Below, piece after piece: positions 12,832 to 25,963 of a stretch of DNA of 64,000 nucleotides. Every line of letters starts with the position of its first letter. Position 1 is the first letter of the stretch. Position numbers and translations under genes: made by a program. Under the pieces are notes generated by a model. That model made no database searches. It was not told the DNA's origin and saw nothing but the letters and a program-made list of their open reading frames with translations. This DNA is from Patellaria atrata CBS 101060 (Eukaryota), in NCBI GenBank assembly GCA_010093705.1, contig MU006094.1, forward strand, positions 409,550-473,549, in the 5' to 3' direction.

Positions 12832-13320
12832 GGTGCGGATATTTGGAGGGGTGACGTCTGAAGATAACGAAAACCGAAAGCAAGACGGCATCCGCAAGGA
12901 ACAGAGGTTCGAATTAACCTGTTTTGGAAGTCCAATCAATGAATAGGCGCGCATATCCGCTGCGGTGAGAAAATCTCAAGTTGCTATAGCTTCGACGACG
13001 AATAATGACTTTCATCATTGTCGGTAGTTGATTACGTGCTTGCTGTGACTCCCGGAATCGGGACGACCAGGAAAAGTTTCGGTCAAGATCCGCGTCCCGA
13101 CCGAGCTCGAGCACCTGTGGCACTACCACCTATATTTTCTGCACTATAGGAACTGGATAACTAAATAAGAGCTCTATCGCTAAGGTAATCGCTAAAAGCC
13201 TTTTATTTCGAAGTAGCTCACAAGCGGGATTTTGGGCTTGTCCACTGCAGCTAATAGCTCGACCGTTTCAGTCGCGTCTTCCTTCACGCTCCTATAATTG
13301 GCCTCATGCGATCCGATGCA

Positions 13321-14979
13321 ATGGTTGAATGTCCCATTTGCGGAAAACCTGTCAGAGAAAGAGATATAAATTTGCACATCGACTCAGGCTGTCAAGATCT
13401 GATTCTGGATCAAGAGGAACCTCAGAGACCTCCTGTCAATGTCCCCAGTTTCTTTCAGACCCCAGCTGCGCGTCGCGTATCTAACTTCGCTTCATCCAAA
13501 AATGGTACTCCGGGTGCTTCCACCCCTGTGATACTTAATCCAACAAGGGAAATATCCTCAAGTAAAAAGCAAGATTCAAGATCAGGTTTCGCGGAATTCA
13601 CTTCTCAGGAAGTTCTTGGGAAGAAGCGTTCATTCGATGATGCGGAGCAGAGTAATGGTTCTAATAATGGTGCTGCTGGCGACGTCACGTTGAAGAAAGC
13701 AAAAGTTAACCCCTTTCAAAAAGTAGCACCTCTCGCAGAGCGCATGAGACCAACTAGTCTTGATGATGTCTGTGGACAAGAGCTTGTGGGTCCTAATGGT
13801 GTAATACGCGGTCTCATCGAGCAAGACCGTGTACCCTCCATGATCCTCTGGGGAGGCCCAGGAACCGGCAAAACCACCATCGCGCGTATAATCGCCCATT
13901 CCGTCGGCTCCCGATTCATCGAAATCAACAGCACGAGCAGCGGCGTGGGGGAATGCAAGAAGCTCTTCGCGGAAGCCCGCAGCGAACTGAGCCTAACAGG
14001 CCGCAAAACGATAATATTCTGCGACGAGATCCACCGGTTCAGCAAATCGCAACAAGATGTCTTCCTCGGGCCCGTCGAAGCGGGTCAAATCACGCTCATC
14101 GGCGCGACGACGGAAAACCCGTCCTTCAAAGTCGTCAACGCGCTCCTATCCCGCTGCCGGACCTTCACCCTCTCCAAACTCAGCACTGCCGACCTCGTCA
14201 CCATCCTCCAACGTGCCCTCGCCGTCGAAGCCCCCTCCACCAACCACCCCCTCCTCGACACCGACTTCTTAACCTACCTGTCCGCCTTCGCCGACGGCGA
14301 CGCCCGCACGGCACTCAACCTCCTCGAACTAGCCCTGGATCTCTCAACGCGTCCCGACGCCTCCCCCTCCTCTCTCAAGAAATCCCTAACCCAGACCCTC
14401 GTGTACGACCGCGCCGGCGACCAACACTACGACACCATCTCCGCGCTGCACAAATCCATCCGCGGCTCCGACCCCGACGCCGCACTCTACTACCTCGCGC
14501 GCATGCTGCAGTCCGGCGAGGATCCCCTGTACATCGCCCGCCGTCTCGTCGTCGTCGCTTCTGAAGACGTCGGCCTCGCTGATAATACAATGCTCCCACT
14601 CGCCACAGCTGCCTACACCGCCACCGAGAAACTAGGCATGCCCGAAGCGCGGATCCCGCTCGCGCACGCCACCGTCGCGCTGGCTCTAGCGTCGAAGAGC
14701 ACGCGCGCGTATCGAGGGCTCAGTGCGGCGATGGCGGCGTTGGTGGAGCCTGGCGTGGCGGGACTGCCGGTGCCGGTGCATTTGAGAAATGCACCGACGA
14801 GGCTGATGAAGGAGATGGGGTATGGGAAGGAATATAAGTATAATCCTGATTTTGTGGATGGACGTGTGATGCAGGAGTATTTGCCGGATAAGTTGAGGGG
14901 GAGAAGGTTTCTGGAAGATAGGGATTTGGGGACGAAGGTAGATGAGGAGTTGGAAGAGGAAGATGGGGGGTGGGGTTAG
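13321..14979 (+). CDS. MGS1: DNA-dependent AAA+ ATPase Mgs1/WRNIP1 (RarA family) with N-terminal UBZ finger; intronless
   Basis: VECPIC...INLHIDSGC (UBZ), PLAERMRP, GGPGTGKTT (Walker A), FCDEIHRFSKSQQD, IGATTENPSF, SALHKSIRGSD, HLRNAPTRLMKEMGYG. Confidence 0.97.
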   Translation: MVECPICGKPVRERDINLHIDSGCQDLILDQEEPQRPPVNVPSFFQTPAARRVSNFASSKNGTPGASTPVILNPTREISSSKKQDSRSGFAEFTSQEVLGKKRSFDDAEQSNGSNNGAAGDVTLKKAKVNPFQKVAPLAERMRPTSLDDVCGQELVGPNGVIRGLIEQDRVPSMILWGGPGTGKTTIARIIAHSVGSRFIEINSTSSGVGECKKLFAEARSELSLTGRKTIIFCDEIHRFSKSQQDVFLGPVEAGQITLIGATTENPSFKVVNALLSRCRTFTLSKLSTADLVTILQRALAVEAPSTNHPLLDTDFLTYLSAFADGDARTALNLLELALDLSTRPDASPSSLKKSLTQTLVYDRAGDQHYDTISALHKSIRGSDPDAALYYLARMLQSGEDPLYIARRLVVVASEDVGLADNTMLPLATAAYTATEKLGMPEARIPLAHATVALALASKSTRAYRGLSAAMAALVEPGVAGLPVPVHLRNAPTRLMKEMGYGKEYKYNPDFVDGRVMQEYLPDKLRGRRFLEDRDLGTKVDEELEEEDGGWG

Positions 14980-15364
14980 TGTGACCCGTGATCGGGTGTG
15001 TATTGGACTTGCTTCTGAAAATTTGAGTGAGCGTACTGTTAAGAGCGTATGGATGAGGTACTTTGAGTTTGATGTTGAATTAGGATTTAGGCAGGCCTTA
15101 ATGGGCCCAGGGTAGGTACGGCTCGATACTATTCCGAGCTCGGTCGAATTTCGTACGGGTCCGACAAGACTTCAGGAGTCACTATTAGTTACGTACACAA
15201 ATTCCTGTACCAGATTGGAAAGATACTGCAAGAGTCTCGCGGCTCCTTCTGCGACTCACTGTACCCGTACTGTACAGCGAAGCATAAAGACGGATCATAT
15301 CATAAATAATATCCATAGCAACGGTATATACCATCGTAAACATTAGGGTATCATAAAAGACCGA

Positions 15365-17940
15365 TCAACTCTCTACTCCTTTTGTCCCCTGTCCCGTCTC
15401 TTTTACACTCTTCTTCCTCACCATCTTCATACCAAACCTCTTCATCTTCTCCCGATTAACAATACTTCTTAGGGCATGACTCGTGAGCGCTTGGTTGACC
15501 GGTACCGTGATCGCCTTTGCAGACGACAGCGCTTCTCCCACGGTACCGTAATCGGGTAGATGCGGTTGCTGGTCGCTTTCGAGCGCCGCAACAACTGTGG
15601 TATCATCAACCCTCAATATTTCGAATATCGGCTTCCGCGTGACGTGGAACGGGGTGATTCGCTCCACTGCACTCCGCCCCGGATCGTATGCGAATTTGTG
15701 CTCTGTCTCTAAGTGTCGTAGGAAGTCGCTCTTGGAGCTGTATATCTTACCCTCACAGGCGCCTGACTGATGCTTTTTGTGCAAATGGTGTTCAAGGATG
15801 GCTTTGTCACCTGTTTGGAAGGTCGGTTTGCAAATCCCGCAATATGAGCAATGAGGTCGATCGCCAAATTTGCAGTCCATGGGCTCGTAAAATGCATATT
15901 CGGGGCTTGAAAGATAGGTACACGACCAACTTTGACAGTCCAGGTGGTCAGCACGATTGGGGAAGGTTTCACGACAATAACGGCAGCGATACACTTCGAT
16001 AATACTATTCTACTATTAGTATCTTACACAATCACAAGGGGGTATATACTTACCCAGAGCCCTCAAAAACGCTAGGCTTCTCTTCATCAATCGTAGACGG
16101 TAGCGCAGGGAGACGTTCCTGTGGAGGATGCCAGTTGTCAGTGACTACGGCTCGTTCTTCGGCGTGGGGCGGCCAAATCCAATCAACAGCGGTTCCGTCT
16201 TTAAAGTGTGTGGCAACATGAGATGTTCTCTGGTGCCAGGTATCAAAGTCTTTAAGACAGAAACCGCAGAAGAGTCTCGGGTCCCCGAGCACTAGTTTTG
16301 GAGCAGGGACAGTCCATCCAGACTGCATCGTGATGTCCTTCAGCGCAGCATCAGTTACACCATCGTGAGCTTGATGAAGATGCTGGATCAAATGGTCCCT
16401 TCTAGCAAACGTCCGTTGTGAGTCCTTTCGGTCAAGACAACAGTCATAATGCCTATGGTCCATCATGTGGAAAATATCGGGGTTTGCATCTCCGCAATAA
16501 ATGCATGGTTGTCTAGAAGTATACTCATATCGATCAGATTGGCATTTCCAAACAATCTGAACGGCATGTATGGTTTCCTCGTGACGCTTCCATTCGTATC
16601 TATTCTTTTGCGGCTTTCCACAAAATACGCACCAGTACTTTACGGTTGGAGTCTTTGGGATGGCCATAGGTGGGGGCTCTCCTGCAGCACGGACTGCTTC
16701 GAGCTCTGTGAGGATGCGATCGGTCCTTAAACTACTCCAACTTGTACTTCTCCCGCTACTGAGCTGAGCAGATGATTTCCTCTTTCCCCGCCTAGACTCT
16801 TGCTGAAATGACGTCCAACTTGTTGAAGCTGATAGATGGCTCCATGCTGTATTACTGGTACGGTGCGAAAATCGAGTAGATCGACTAGCTGTAGAGCTTT
16901 TAGTCATACGGCTAGCACGACTTCTTCCGCTGTCTTTGCTCTTCCAACTTGTCACCGATGGAGCAACAGATATCTCGCTTTTGTCATCGGCGGATACGTC
17001 GTTGGTATTAAAAGCGTCTTCAGGTGATAGATCATAATTACTCGAGTCTTGCATTACAGAATCAATAGGATCACCATGGATGCCCACTTCTGCCTCAGTA
17101 CAATAGCCATCAAATAACCCTTGTACATCGGGGAGATAATTTGAGTTCTGAACAGCATTCATAGTGATAGCTCCATCATCCTCAGGTTCATCCAGATACC
17201 TCTCAAGAGAAGTAGTGGACCCTGCGGATTCTGCTGACGAAATTGAAACAGCATCAAGATTAGCTCTCGTCAGTTGTGTTTTATATTGTTTGTTATCCCT
17301 TGAGCAAGCTTTCTGCGTGTTGTTGCGAGATACTATGAGCGAATATGTTAGGCAATACAGCATGCTAGCCACTCTCCTAACGACACTCACATTCAGGATC
17401 CCGAGCTCGAGTATTGTTGAACCAAGTGCGCACCTTCTTCAACTCAAGGCCGATGGTAGAGGCGATATGTTTGAGCTCCCGAGAATTCGGGTAATTGTTC
17501 AATTGGTATTGTAGATTGAGAAACTGCTTCATTTCCGGTGTGATATTTGTCCGGCATGTTCTTTTCTTTCCATGGGGCAGCGGGTTGGGAGCTTGAGTAA
17601 CAACATCTTGGTGAGATACAGTTGTGCCATCTTCATCCATACATATTGATGTAGGATTTAAAAGGAACCTGTCTGAAGCTGGAAGTGCATTGTCACTATC
17701 ATAGCATTCCTCTGGCACGAAGGGTTGGAAAGAATCGTTGCAGAGATTATCGGAATTGGGGCCATTTTGTCTATGACATTTTCCCTCATATTCATTCAAG
17801 CAGCTTTGACCAAGGGAGAGGGGTTCATGCCATATTGCTGCCTGGGTGTTGGGGTTGTCATAAAAGCCCGGAAGTTGTTCGAGTTCTTCAATAGGAGGAT
17901 AATCCGGAATAAGAAAATCCAAATCAAAGGAAGAGTCCAT
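15365..17940 (-). CDS. Homeodomain plus multiple C2H2 zinc-finger transcription factor; exons 17940-17391, 17332-16054, 16004-15365
   Basis: Homeobox KKRTCRTNIT...YPNSRELKHIASTIGLELKKVRTWFNNTRAR. Fingers YWCVFCGKPQKNRYEWKRHEETIH, FARRDHLIQHLHQAH and CGFCLKDFDTWHQRTSHVATHF. Canonical introns keep the frame. Confidence 0.9.
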
Positions 17941-18678
17941 TGTTGTGATAGCACCACATCTTTGAACAGATTTTGATTAGAAAGCCGAACTACATTGGGG
18001 GCATTAGGTCTTTTAATAAAGTGACTGAGTTTGCGCATCACCGGCTTGTTGATGATAAAGGCGCAGGGCGCAGATGAGATGGCAGTGTCGCCATCCCTGT
18101 CGCGCAGATCATGGCGAGTAACGGATCCTTTTCGACAATAAAATATCTTCAACGGGTATAAGGCCTAGTACATCTGGACTTAGTATTATAGAGAAATCAG
18201 CAGAGATATTAAAAGGTAATATAGGATGGATTCAGCTCTCGTTAGGAGTTGAGTGAGAGAAAGTAGAAAGGTGAGTGACGCTTGAGGATGCTTTGATGGT
18301 CACTCTCGCCCACCGTAGAACTAGTTCCAACTACCTTACAAAATCTTGCTGCATTCCTTTTCATTGTTGTCTTCCATACTCTTAATTCTATTGGTTCGAA
18401 CAGCTCCACCACCTATGTCAGTTTAGTCCTACAACTTCACACATGAGCGTACTTCTTCTTAACATAGAATTAGTCAGTGAACTAGACTAACCTTTTAAAA
18501 TACCGGATAGTGGTTCTACAAAATGAATAATGGATCCGTACTTCATACCGTTGGTTCTGCACTACCATGTCCGTTGCAACATATTTCTGCTTCCATATCA
18601 TGTGTCTTCTCGCAGTCACCATTTGTATCAAACATTCCCTAGCAATATGTGCCAAAAGGGCCCGCTTCAGCTTTCAAG

Positions 18679-20316
18679 CTATGTCGCAAGCTCATGTTGC
18701 ATTTCAGATCCTGGGAGTTCAAAAACCGGCGGTTGTCCAGTATCCTCCGCTTCCGCCGGCAGTTGATGCCCGTGGATCTCGACAGTCTCTGTCGAATGGC
18801 CGTCAACTTCATGATGTACTGCTCGAATATCGGCTTCAACGGGCTTTTCGGTAGATGCACATAGTTCTGCTCTGTGGCTCTTATTGGACGCTTTCGAATA
18901 CTTTTTCCACCAAAGTAACATAAAATAAATAATCCCAGATCCACATATTATGATAACTAGAATGGCCATTATAATACCAATGATCCTCTCGCTAGAGAGT
19001 TTGCCTGTCTTAGTGGTAGGTTGTTTTGGGCCAGCTGCAGATTCTATGGGAATGATGGCTTGCTCAGCGTTTGTTTCCCAGTCCCGTTGGAAGAGGGAAA
19101 AGTTCCGACGTTCATAGTCAGCGACAAAGTAAGCCTCCTGGAAGAAAACGCGACCTAATCTATATTTGTCTTGATCATCAGTGCACTGAAGAGGAACATA
19201 AGAAGCTGGTATCTCGACCAACGGGCTCTCCGCTATCAGGTCGAAACTTTCAAGGGGTAATGATATATTAATTTCGGCTCCAGTGCCAGAATCAGCTGAC
19301 AACGTGAAGATGAGGGTTTTATCCTGGTCTTCCATCCTTGGGCCATTCGGAAAAAATAGATTGTTCGTCTCGTTCCAAGATAGATCTAGAACATCTAAAA
19401 AGGAATGACAGGCGTTGGAAGGAACCCAGATATGGGGTTGTTGTGTATCTAACGCAGCACGAAATGGATCTTGTATTAAGACTCTTTCCTGACCATAGGG
19501 AGATGATATTGTGATAGACTGGACGGTAACAACAAACTCTTGTTCACCGCCAGGGATGAATGGAAACGAGACAGAGTTTGGGACAGTCTGAGACGAGTCA
19601 TAACCCCCAAGCATCAACGATGCGAAAGCGGACTCGACGCTTTTAGACCGATGGTATGAACCAGCTGTGTATGCGTAGGAAAGGCTTGGAATTTCCATCT
19701 CTTTCTTCAGCAAAGACAGGAAACCTGGATACTTTTGAATCTTTGTTAGCTTAGTCTTGGTCTCATAGATCTATACGTACCGAATTCCCGCGGAGGCCGG
19801 TAGTTTTCGGATTGATCGAGACCTGCCCTAGCATATAACGTCGTGTCTCAAGACCCGCAACTAATGTTTGGTTTAGACTGGGACTATTTTCAATCTGTGA
19901 AGAAAGACTGACAGTATCAAGGCCGTAGATGCCCTTCTTCTAAGTTATCAACTATGTCTTCAGAGATATAGAATTACGTACCCTTGGATCAGCATTATCA
20001 TCGACAGTCGTAAGGCTATAGATCCCTAGTGTCTCCCATGTTTCGCTTAAACTTGTGTCTATCAACCCTCCACGTCGCCTCTCACAGTCTGGTGGATCAG
20101 AACCACAGCCATCGTCAATGACGAACCAGGTGGGCGCATAACCGATATTTATTAAGGCTTGAACTCTCTGTGGAGGTGTGCCAACACTTAGCGTAAAGGT
20201 TGACCACGGACCGTCATTGCCTCCCCTTTACTATCAGTCAGCTGTTACGGTATAGAAATTTGCATTGAATCTGTAACATACCATTGTTGACTTGGACTGA
20301 TGTCTAAGGGAATCAT
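18679..20316 (-). CDS. Peptidase A1 (aspartic protease)-like single-pass membrane protein, 3 introns; first catalytic Asp absent
   Basis: Spliced 5' part reads IPLDISPSQQW|GGNDGPWSTFTLSVGTPPQ...GIYGLDTV. It continues IPSLSYAYTAGS, SLMLGGYD, LGRVFFQEAYFVADYER, then a TM helix IIGIIMAILVIIICGSGIIYFMLLWW. Confidence 0.8.
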
Positions 20317-20959
20317 ACTCCAGCCTGCTCGTCATGGAGTTAAAGCAATATATGGCTATGGTATGGGTCAATGTGGTAGGGACAATGAGCACGAAAAGAG
20401 GGGACTGTATAGCATTTATAGTCACCTATCAATCTTGCATTAGGTCGTGAGGATTCGTTATGCGACTCAATTGTAAGGCTACCCTGAAAGCACGAAAAAT
20501 ACACAGCCACGCTATATCATAGTTATCTCCTTGTTAGGTGGAAGAACAGAGGCTATGGACAATTTAAGGACGGCAAATAATTGGCTGAATATAAATCTCC
20601 AACCAAAGTAATAGACTTATGGCGTGGGATCTTTACTGGAAAGTGGTACAAACAAGGAATACTCAGCCAATCAAGAACCGGTCTGCAGTTCTTGATGTTC
20701 AAAGGCGCAGAATGTAAATTGAAATGCAATGCGGGTTCGAACAGGTAAGAGAATAAATATAAATAAATCTTGTTACCTAGAGATTGCAAGTCCCAGAAAA
20801 TCGCTATCCTATAATCCGTAAACCGCAGTATAAAAAAAGGACTTGGCTTGCGGCTTTAGGACATCACGCACCTTCTAAATCCATAATCTTTCCCCAATAG
20901 TTATGATCGCCATTCCGGATAAATCAAGTCTATCTCTCTCTTTCTGTCCCTCCCTTAGT

Positions 20960-21853
20960 TTGATATAACAGAGATTTCGCTTCTCCAATATCTATTAGCA
21001 CCATAGTGACCACAAGTTGAACTCAAAATGAGGACCGCGACTGACCCTTCGTTGTCCAAAGTCATACTGGAATTCTACATCTTCTCCTATTGTATGCCAC
21101 AAAGGCGCAAGTTGTACTCCCAGTTGCAGCGTCCTCAGTCCCATCTATGATCATGCGTCTAACCTGAAACCATTTTTCTCTAGATTTCACCGGTGATACC
21201 TCACTAAAGAACATCGTGCACAATTTAGAAAGGTGCGAAATATGGGCCAAGTTCCATTGGTGGTCTTGAGGGTATTGGCTTTGACACTGGGAAGTCAGGA
21301 TGCAAGGTTAGTAAATTGACAAAAGAAACCTAACGGAAGATACTAATGGGCAGTTTTCTTCATTTCCTTCACTTACACACGGATAGAGGAATAGAAAGTA
21401 GGTTCCCAAGCCATCCTCTTCACAATCGAAACCACTGGAAAATTAACCCCCATCTCCTCCATCCACACTCCCGCGCTGGCCAACGCATCATCACTCCGTT
21501 GCACAACCACCTTTCCCGCCTCACAAAGCAGCGTTACGTTCTTCTTGAATGCATCGTCGTCATATCAAAACTTCCTGAAACAGTACTGCGATGCACCGAT
21601 TATTGGATGCCTTGCTAACGGAATCTCAATAGATTTGGTGAAAATATCGAGTCATCTAGCATCCGGCCCCTCGGCTGAGGTTTCGTGCAGGAAGACGGTT
21701 TCGACCTAAACAAATTCAAGCGCAATGACTTGTGTCTGGGCATGGGTTGAAGACTGGAGGTTGAGGTATCGAGCGGACGAGACCGAGCTGGTTTCCAGAA
21801 AGGGTGATGTTGGTGAAGACATCTAGGACGGCGTAATTGAGGGACTCAGACAT
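20960..21853 (-). pseudogene. PhzF/PhzC-family (diaminopimelate epimerase-like) pseudogene
   Basis: MSESLNYAVLDVFT...GNQLG, IALEFV*VETVFLHE, *LDIFTKSIEIPLARHPIIG and RMIIDGTEDAATGS. Multiple stops and frameshifts; the 3' end is approximate. Confidence 0.85.
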
Positions 21854-22187
21854 TATGACGGAAAGGGTATTAGAAATCTGAGAAGGTGAAAGACAATCCT
21901 TTAGCCTGTATCACGTAAGTGAGGTATCTTTCCCCCCCGAGAGACCATTATCCATGGGGGATAAGAGAGGAGTCATTCATCGAATGCGTTGGATGTGTAA
22001 AGGAAGCAGTATTGATGCGTGAGAGCATCTCCGTGTATAGACTAGATTGTAAATTGAATGTCTTTAATAGAATGGATCTCACCAATATGATCAGATAAAT
22101 CTGGATAGTATTGCTCCAAGCGTAAACCTATTCCACTCCACGTGTTGTGCTGGGAGTAAAGTGTCCCTCGTGATCTCTTGAGTAATA

Positions 22188-24349
22188 AGGGTCTTGTTCA
22201 GGCCGTGCACAGTTTCAGAGTGTGCACGGTCGCCCACCAAAATTCAGTTGTCAAAATACACGTATCCGGAGAATGATATGGACTACTTTTTACTCCATCA
22301 CCATCAATATGACTCCAATTGAGGCCGCGCTTGAGTCTAAAGCTTCAAGATATTCCTGATATTACGCAAACTGCAAAAGAGTATAACTGCGACCGCACGA
22401 CGTTGTCGCGGCGTTTTCGTAATGTCACTGTTTCCCGCGAGATAGCAATCGAAAACTCTAAATTAATGACCGAGGCGCAGTCTCAAACACTTATTAAATA
22501 TATCAATCGATTAACTGATCGTGCTTTCCCTCCTAAACCTGCAACTGTACGAAATCTAGCCGGCAATATCGTTGGAAAAGACCTGGAAATAGCTGGGTGA
22601 CGAGGTGGTGTGGGCGCTATGGAGCCCAGCTCAAATCTGGTTATCTCGGTCCTATTGATTTAGCCCCTCATAAGGTCGATCAGGGACCGTTTTACAATCT
22701 CTATTTCGAGCTCCTTGAACGTAAGCTCGATAAGTTTAGCATCCTATCAGAAAATACGTACAATATGTATTAAAAGGGCTTCCTTATAGGTATGCTTAAA
22801 AAGTCACGTAGGATTTACAGCAAAGCTGCCTTTGAAAGTGGAAGGGTTAAGGGAATCGCACAGGACGGAAATCGGGAGTGGATTACGGTCCAAGCTACTA
22901 TCTGTGCAGATGGAACAGCTATCCCTCCTGGGATCATCTACCCCTCGGTATCAGGGGCAATACAAGATACTTGGTCAAAGGGCTATCGACCGGAAGAGCA
23001 GGAGAGTTTTTTTACTGCTTCACCGAGAGGATGGACTAATGACGAGCTCGGATTGAGGTGGTTGGAGACCGTTTTTGATCGTTCTACCAGAACCAAAGCT
23101 AGTCGAGCTTGGAGGCTTCTTATCGTCAATGGCCATGGCTCCCATATCAATATGCCTTTTTTGGAATATTGTATAAGCAATAAGATTATATTAGGCAACT
23201 ATCCTCCTCACTCTACGCACAGATTGCAGCCCCTCGATGTCTCCTTGTTCTCTCTTCTCGCCACGTATTACAGTCAAAATCTCGACGACTTTTTGAGCCG
23301 ATCACAGGGCATATCGAATATTGCAAAACGGAACTTTTTTGAGCCATTCTGGACCGCTTACCAGATGGCTTTTACAGAGAAAAACATCCTCGGGAGCTTT
23401 AAAGAAGGTATCTCTCTATATAATCCGACTGAAGTGCTACAAGGATTAGCAAAGCTGGAGAGGCAACCAGTTAGTCAAATAGGCGGTAGACCAAGCTCAA
23501 GTGAATTAGCTATATCAGTTTTATCGGAGAAAGATTGGAAACGCATAGAAGAAACTAGAGACCGTTATTTCTGATGTAATGCACCCTGTCGTCGAAGAGC
23601 TGAAGGCGAAGTTTCAATTCCTCTCTGCCTCTAATGCTATCCTCCAACAACAGAACTTCGGTTTAATTAAGGCTCTTGAGAGCGAAAAGAAGTGTCGTAA
23701 ACGCAGAAGCCTCTTTTACAACGAGTAATTAGCACAGAGGATGGTGGTGCGGTGTTTTGGAGCCCTCAAAAAATCACCCAAGCGCGCGATTTCCTACGGC
23801 AAAAGGAGGAGGATGAAGCTGCAGAATAAGCTCGTAAAGGAATAATAAGCTTCAGCAACAGCTACGTAGAGAGGAGAAAGAAGAACAAGCTAAAGAGCGC
23901 AAGTTCCAACGACAAAAAGATAAGGAGGAGAGGGAGAGGGTAGTTGAGGCAAAAAGCGCTCAGCAACAAATTACAGTAGAAGCCAAACAAGCTGAAACAA
24001 AGGCTCAAAAAACACCTATACCCCCTCAAAAATCGAAGTAGAAGAAGAAGATTGTCATACCACCAGCTATAGAACTCTTAGATAATATTATTGAGATAGT
24101 AGAGGCAGAAACGGTCAATCCCACTACTGGTCGGCCCCGACGACAATCACAACTGCCACAGAGATTTCAGAGCCCTAATATATAGATAGACGGAAAGTGC
24201 AGCTTCTTATTTACAACATCATAAAATTTAGTATAGATATATCAAATATGGAGCGAGTTGCATCATTTTCAAAATCACTCTATGGGGTGCGATTTTTGAT
24301 AGAGCGACTGTGCATAGTCTGAAACCGTGCACGACCTGAACAAGACCCT
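22188..24349 (+). mobile_element. pogo/Fot1-type Tc1-mariner DNA transposon, full length, non-functional
   Basis: 46-bp TIRs at 22188-22233 and 24304-24349 (41/46 identical), with TA target duplication at 22186-22187 and 24350-24351. Contains an internal DDE transposase. Confidence 0.95.
22309..24200 (+). pseudogene. Fot1/pogo DDE transposase pseudogene (HTH, CENP-B-type HTH, DDE_1)
   Basis: AKEYNCDRTTLSRR, YNMY*KGF (canonical YNMDEKGF), NREWITVQATICADG, GWTNDELGLRWL, LLIVNGHGSH (D to N) and PPHSTHRLQPLDV. Several frameshifts and stops. Confidence 0.92.
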
Positions 24350-24810
24350 TACCATTGTAATCGGAGAAACCCTTGAGGTAAACTTTCTCAACTCGCAAGT
24401 ACACGAGAGATGGGAGTCCCGCCCGTAAATGGATTCTTCCGAAAAACGGTGAAGTGATGTTGAATTAGGAGGCTTCAGAGCAGGAAGCCGTGACGAAACG
24501 GGGAAAGCAGATTCTCGTCTTATAGTATTAGTCAGCAGTAATTTTCGTCTGAACTTCAGTCCCAGTTTCTGAAGCCCGTCGAGGCATTATCCAATCAACT
24601 TGATGGCAGTGGAATGCATAAAATCAGGCTCAGACTCTCGATCTTGATCAGTTCTTATATGAGAGATCTCATGAGCCGCCCAGCTGCTGCTTTGTTACCG
24701 GATTCATACGACTCACCGTTTTCACTTATTGATGGAAACAACTTTGAACTTGCCTTGGAGTTGATACTAGTGAATGGACGCGTTGTCTCCCAAAATATTG
24801 AGTTATTACG

Positions 24811-25963
24811 ATGGAGTTGTACGCTTGCGGTTTTAACGCTCATGGACAACTCTTACCAGATAATGATACAAAGCATGCGGGAGACCTCGAATCGTGGGAA
24901 AGGATTGCCTCAGCTGATAAAATTCAACTGTTGTATTCGGGATGGTGCGAAACTATTTGTAAGTTCGATACGTTCTTCTTCCACAGAGTTGTGAACTCAT
25001 CTTTGGATAGTCCTCAATTACAACAGTGTATATCGAAGAGGTTTAAACGGAGAGGCTAGTATCTCATTTGGGTTCAAGAAAGGGAGTCAGAATTCTATTG
25101 TAACCTCATTCTTCGGAAATCATAACGGTGCCATTGGAGCCGTATCACCATCTGGCGGTCTATATCTTCGATCCAGCTCGAATATGTCTCTGTTTCTGCC
25201 CTATAAGAATGAGAATAGCACTAAACTCTCCTGTTTCGCTATTACGGCAGCTGAAGAACCATGCGCAGCTGTTATAAGTCCAACAAGTTTGCCAAAAACT
25301 GATTTTGTACACTTAGCATCGATATCATCCATCCAAAACTGGTACGAAAACCCCGTTGCAAGTGCACATCTTGTTCGTCACAAATTCAGTATTGACGGTC
25401 ATCTCAAACAATTCATTGCAAGCGCTACTGCTTTCGTTGCTCTAATAGATGACGGTTCCGTCTGGACTTGGGGAGATGCGAGGCACGGGCGTGTTTTAGG
25501 ACGAGACCTTGGAGATGGCGGGTTGTCAACAAAACCGGGAATTGTCGATGGCCTAGACGGGATTCCAATCAGAAAGATTGCAGCAGGAGCATGGATAATG
25601 GGAGCAGTGAGTAAAGATAGAGATGCGTACTTATGGGGTATGGCGAGACCAGGCCAAGGAGACAAAATTGATGCACTGTGCCGAAGTGATGATGAACTTA
25701 TCGAGGAGGATGTAAAATTGGTGAATATCGGTGAGGGCCTCGATATCCTTGATCTTGCGATTGGAGATGGACACGTCGTCATTTTGACACAAGGCGGACG
25801 TATCTTCGTAGCGGGAGACTCAAATAACGGCCAATTAGGCCTTGGACACTCTCAACGGCACTTCATTCCAACCTGGACTGAAGTAGAACTTTTCCAAAGT
25901 CTAGAGGTAATCAGTATCCACGCTGGTGATAAGACCAGCTTTGCGATTATCAATTCAAGGTAG
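24811..25963 (+). CDS. RCC1/BLIP-II beta-propeller repeat protein; one intron near 24959-25010
   Basis: MELYACGFNAHGQL, DGSVWTWGD, IRKIAAGAW, DAYLWG, LAIGDGHVVILTQGGRIFVAGDSNNGQLGLG. The GTAAGT...TAG intron restores the frame. Confidence 0.88.
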
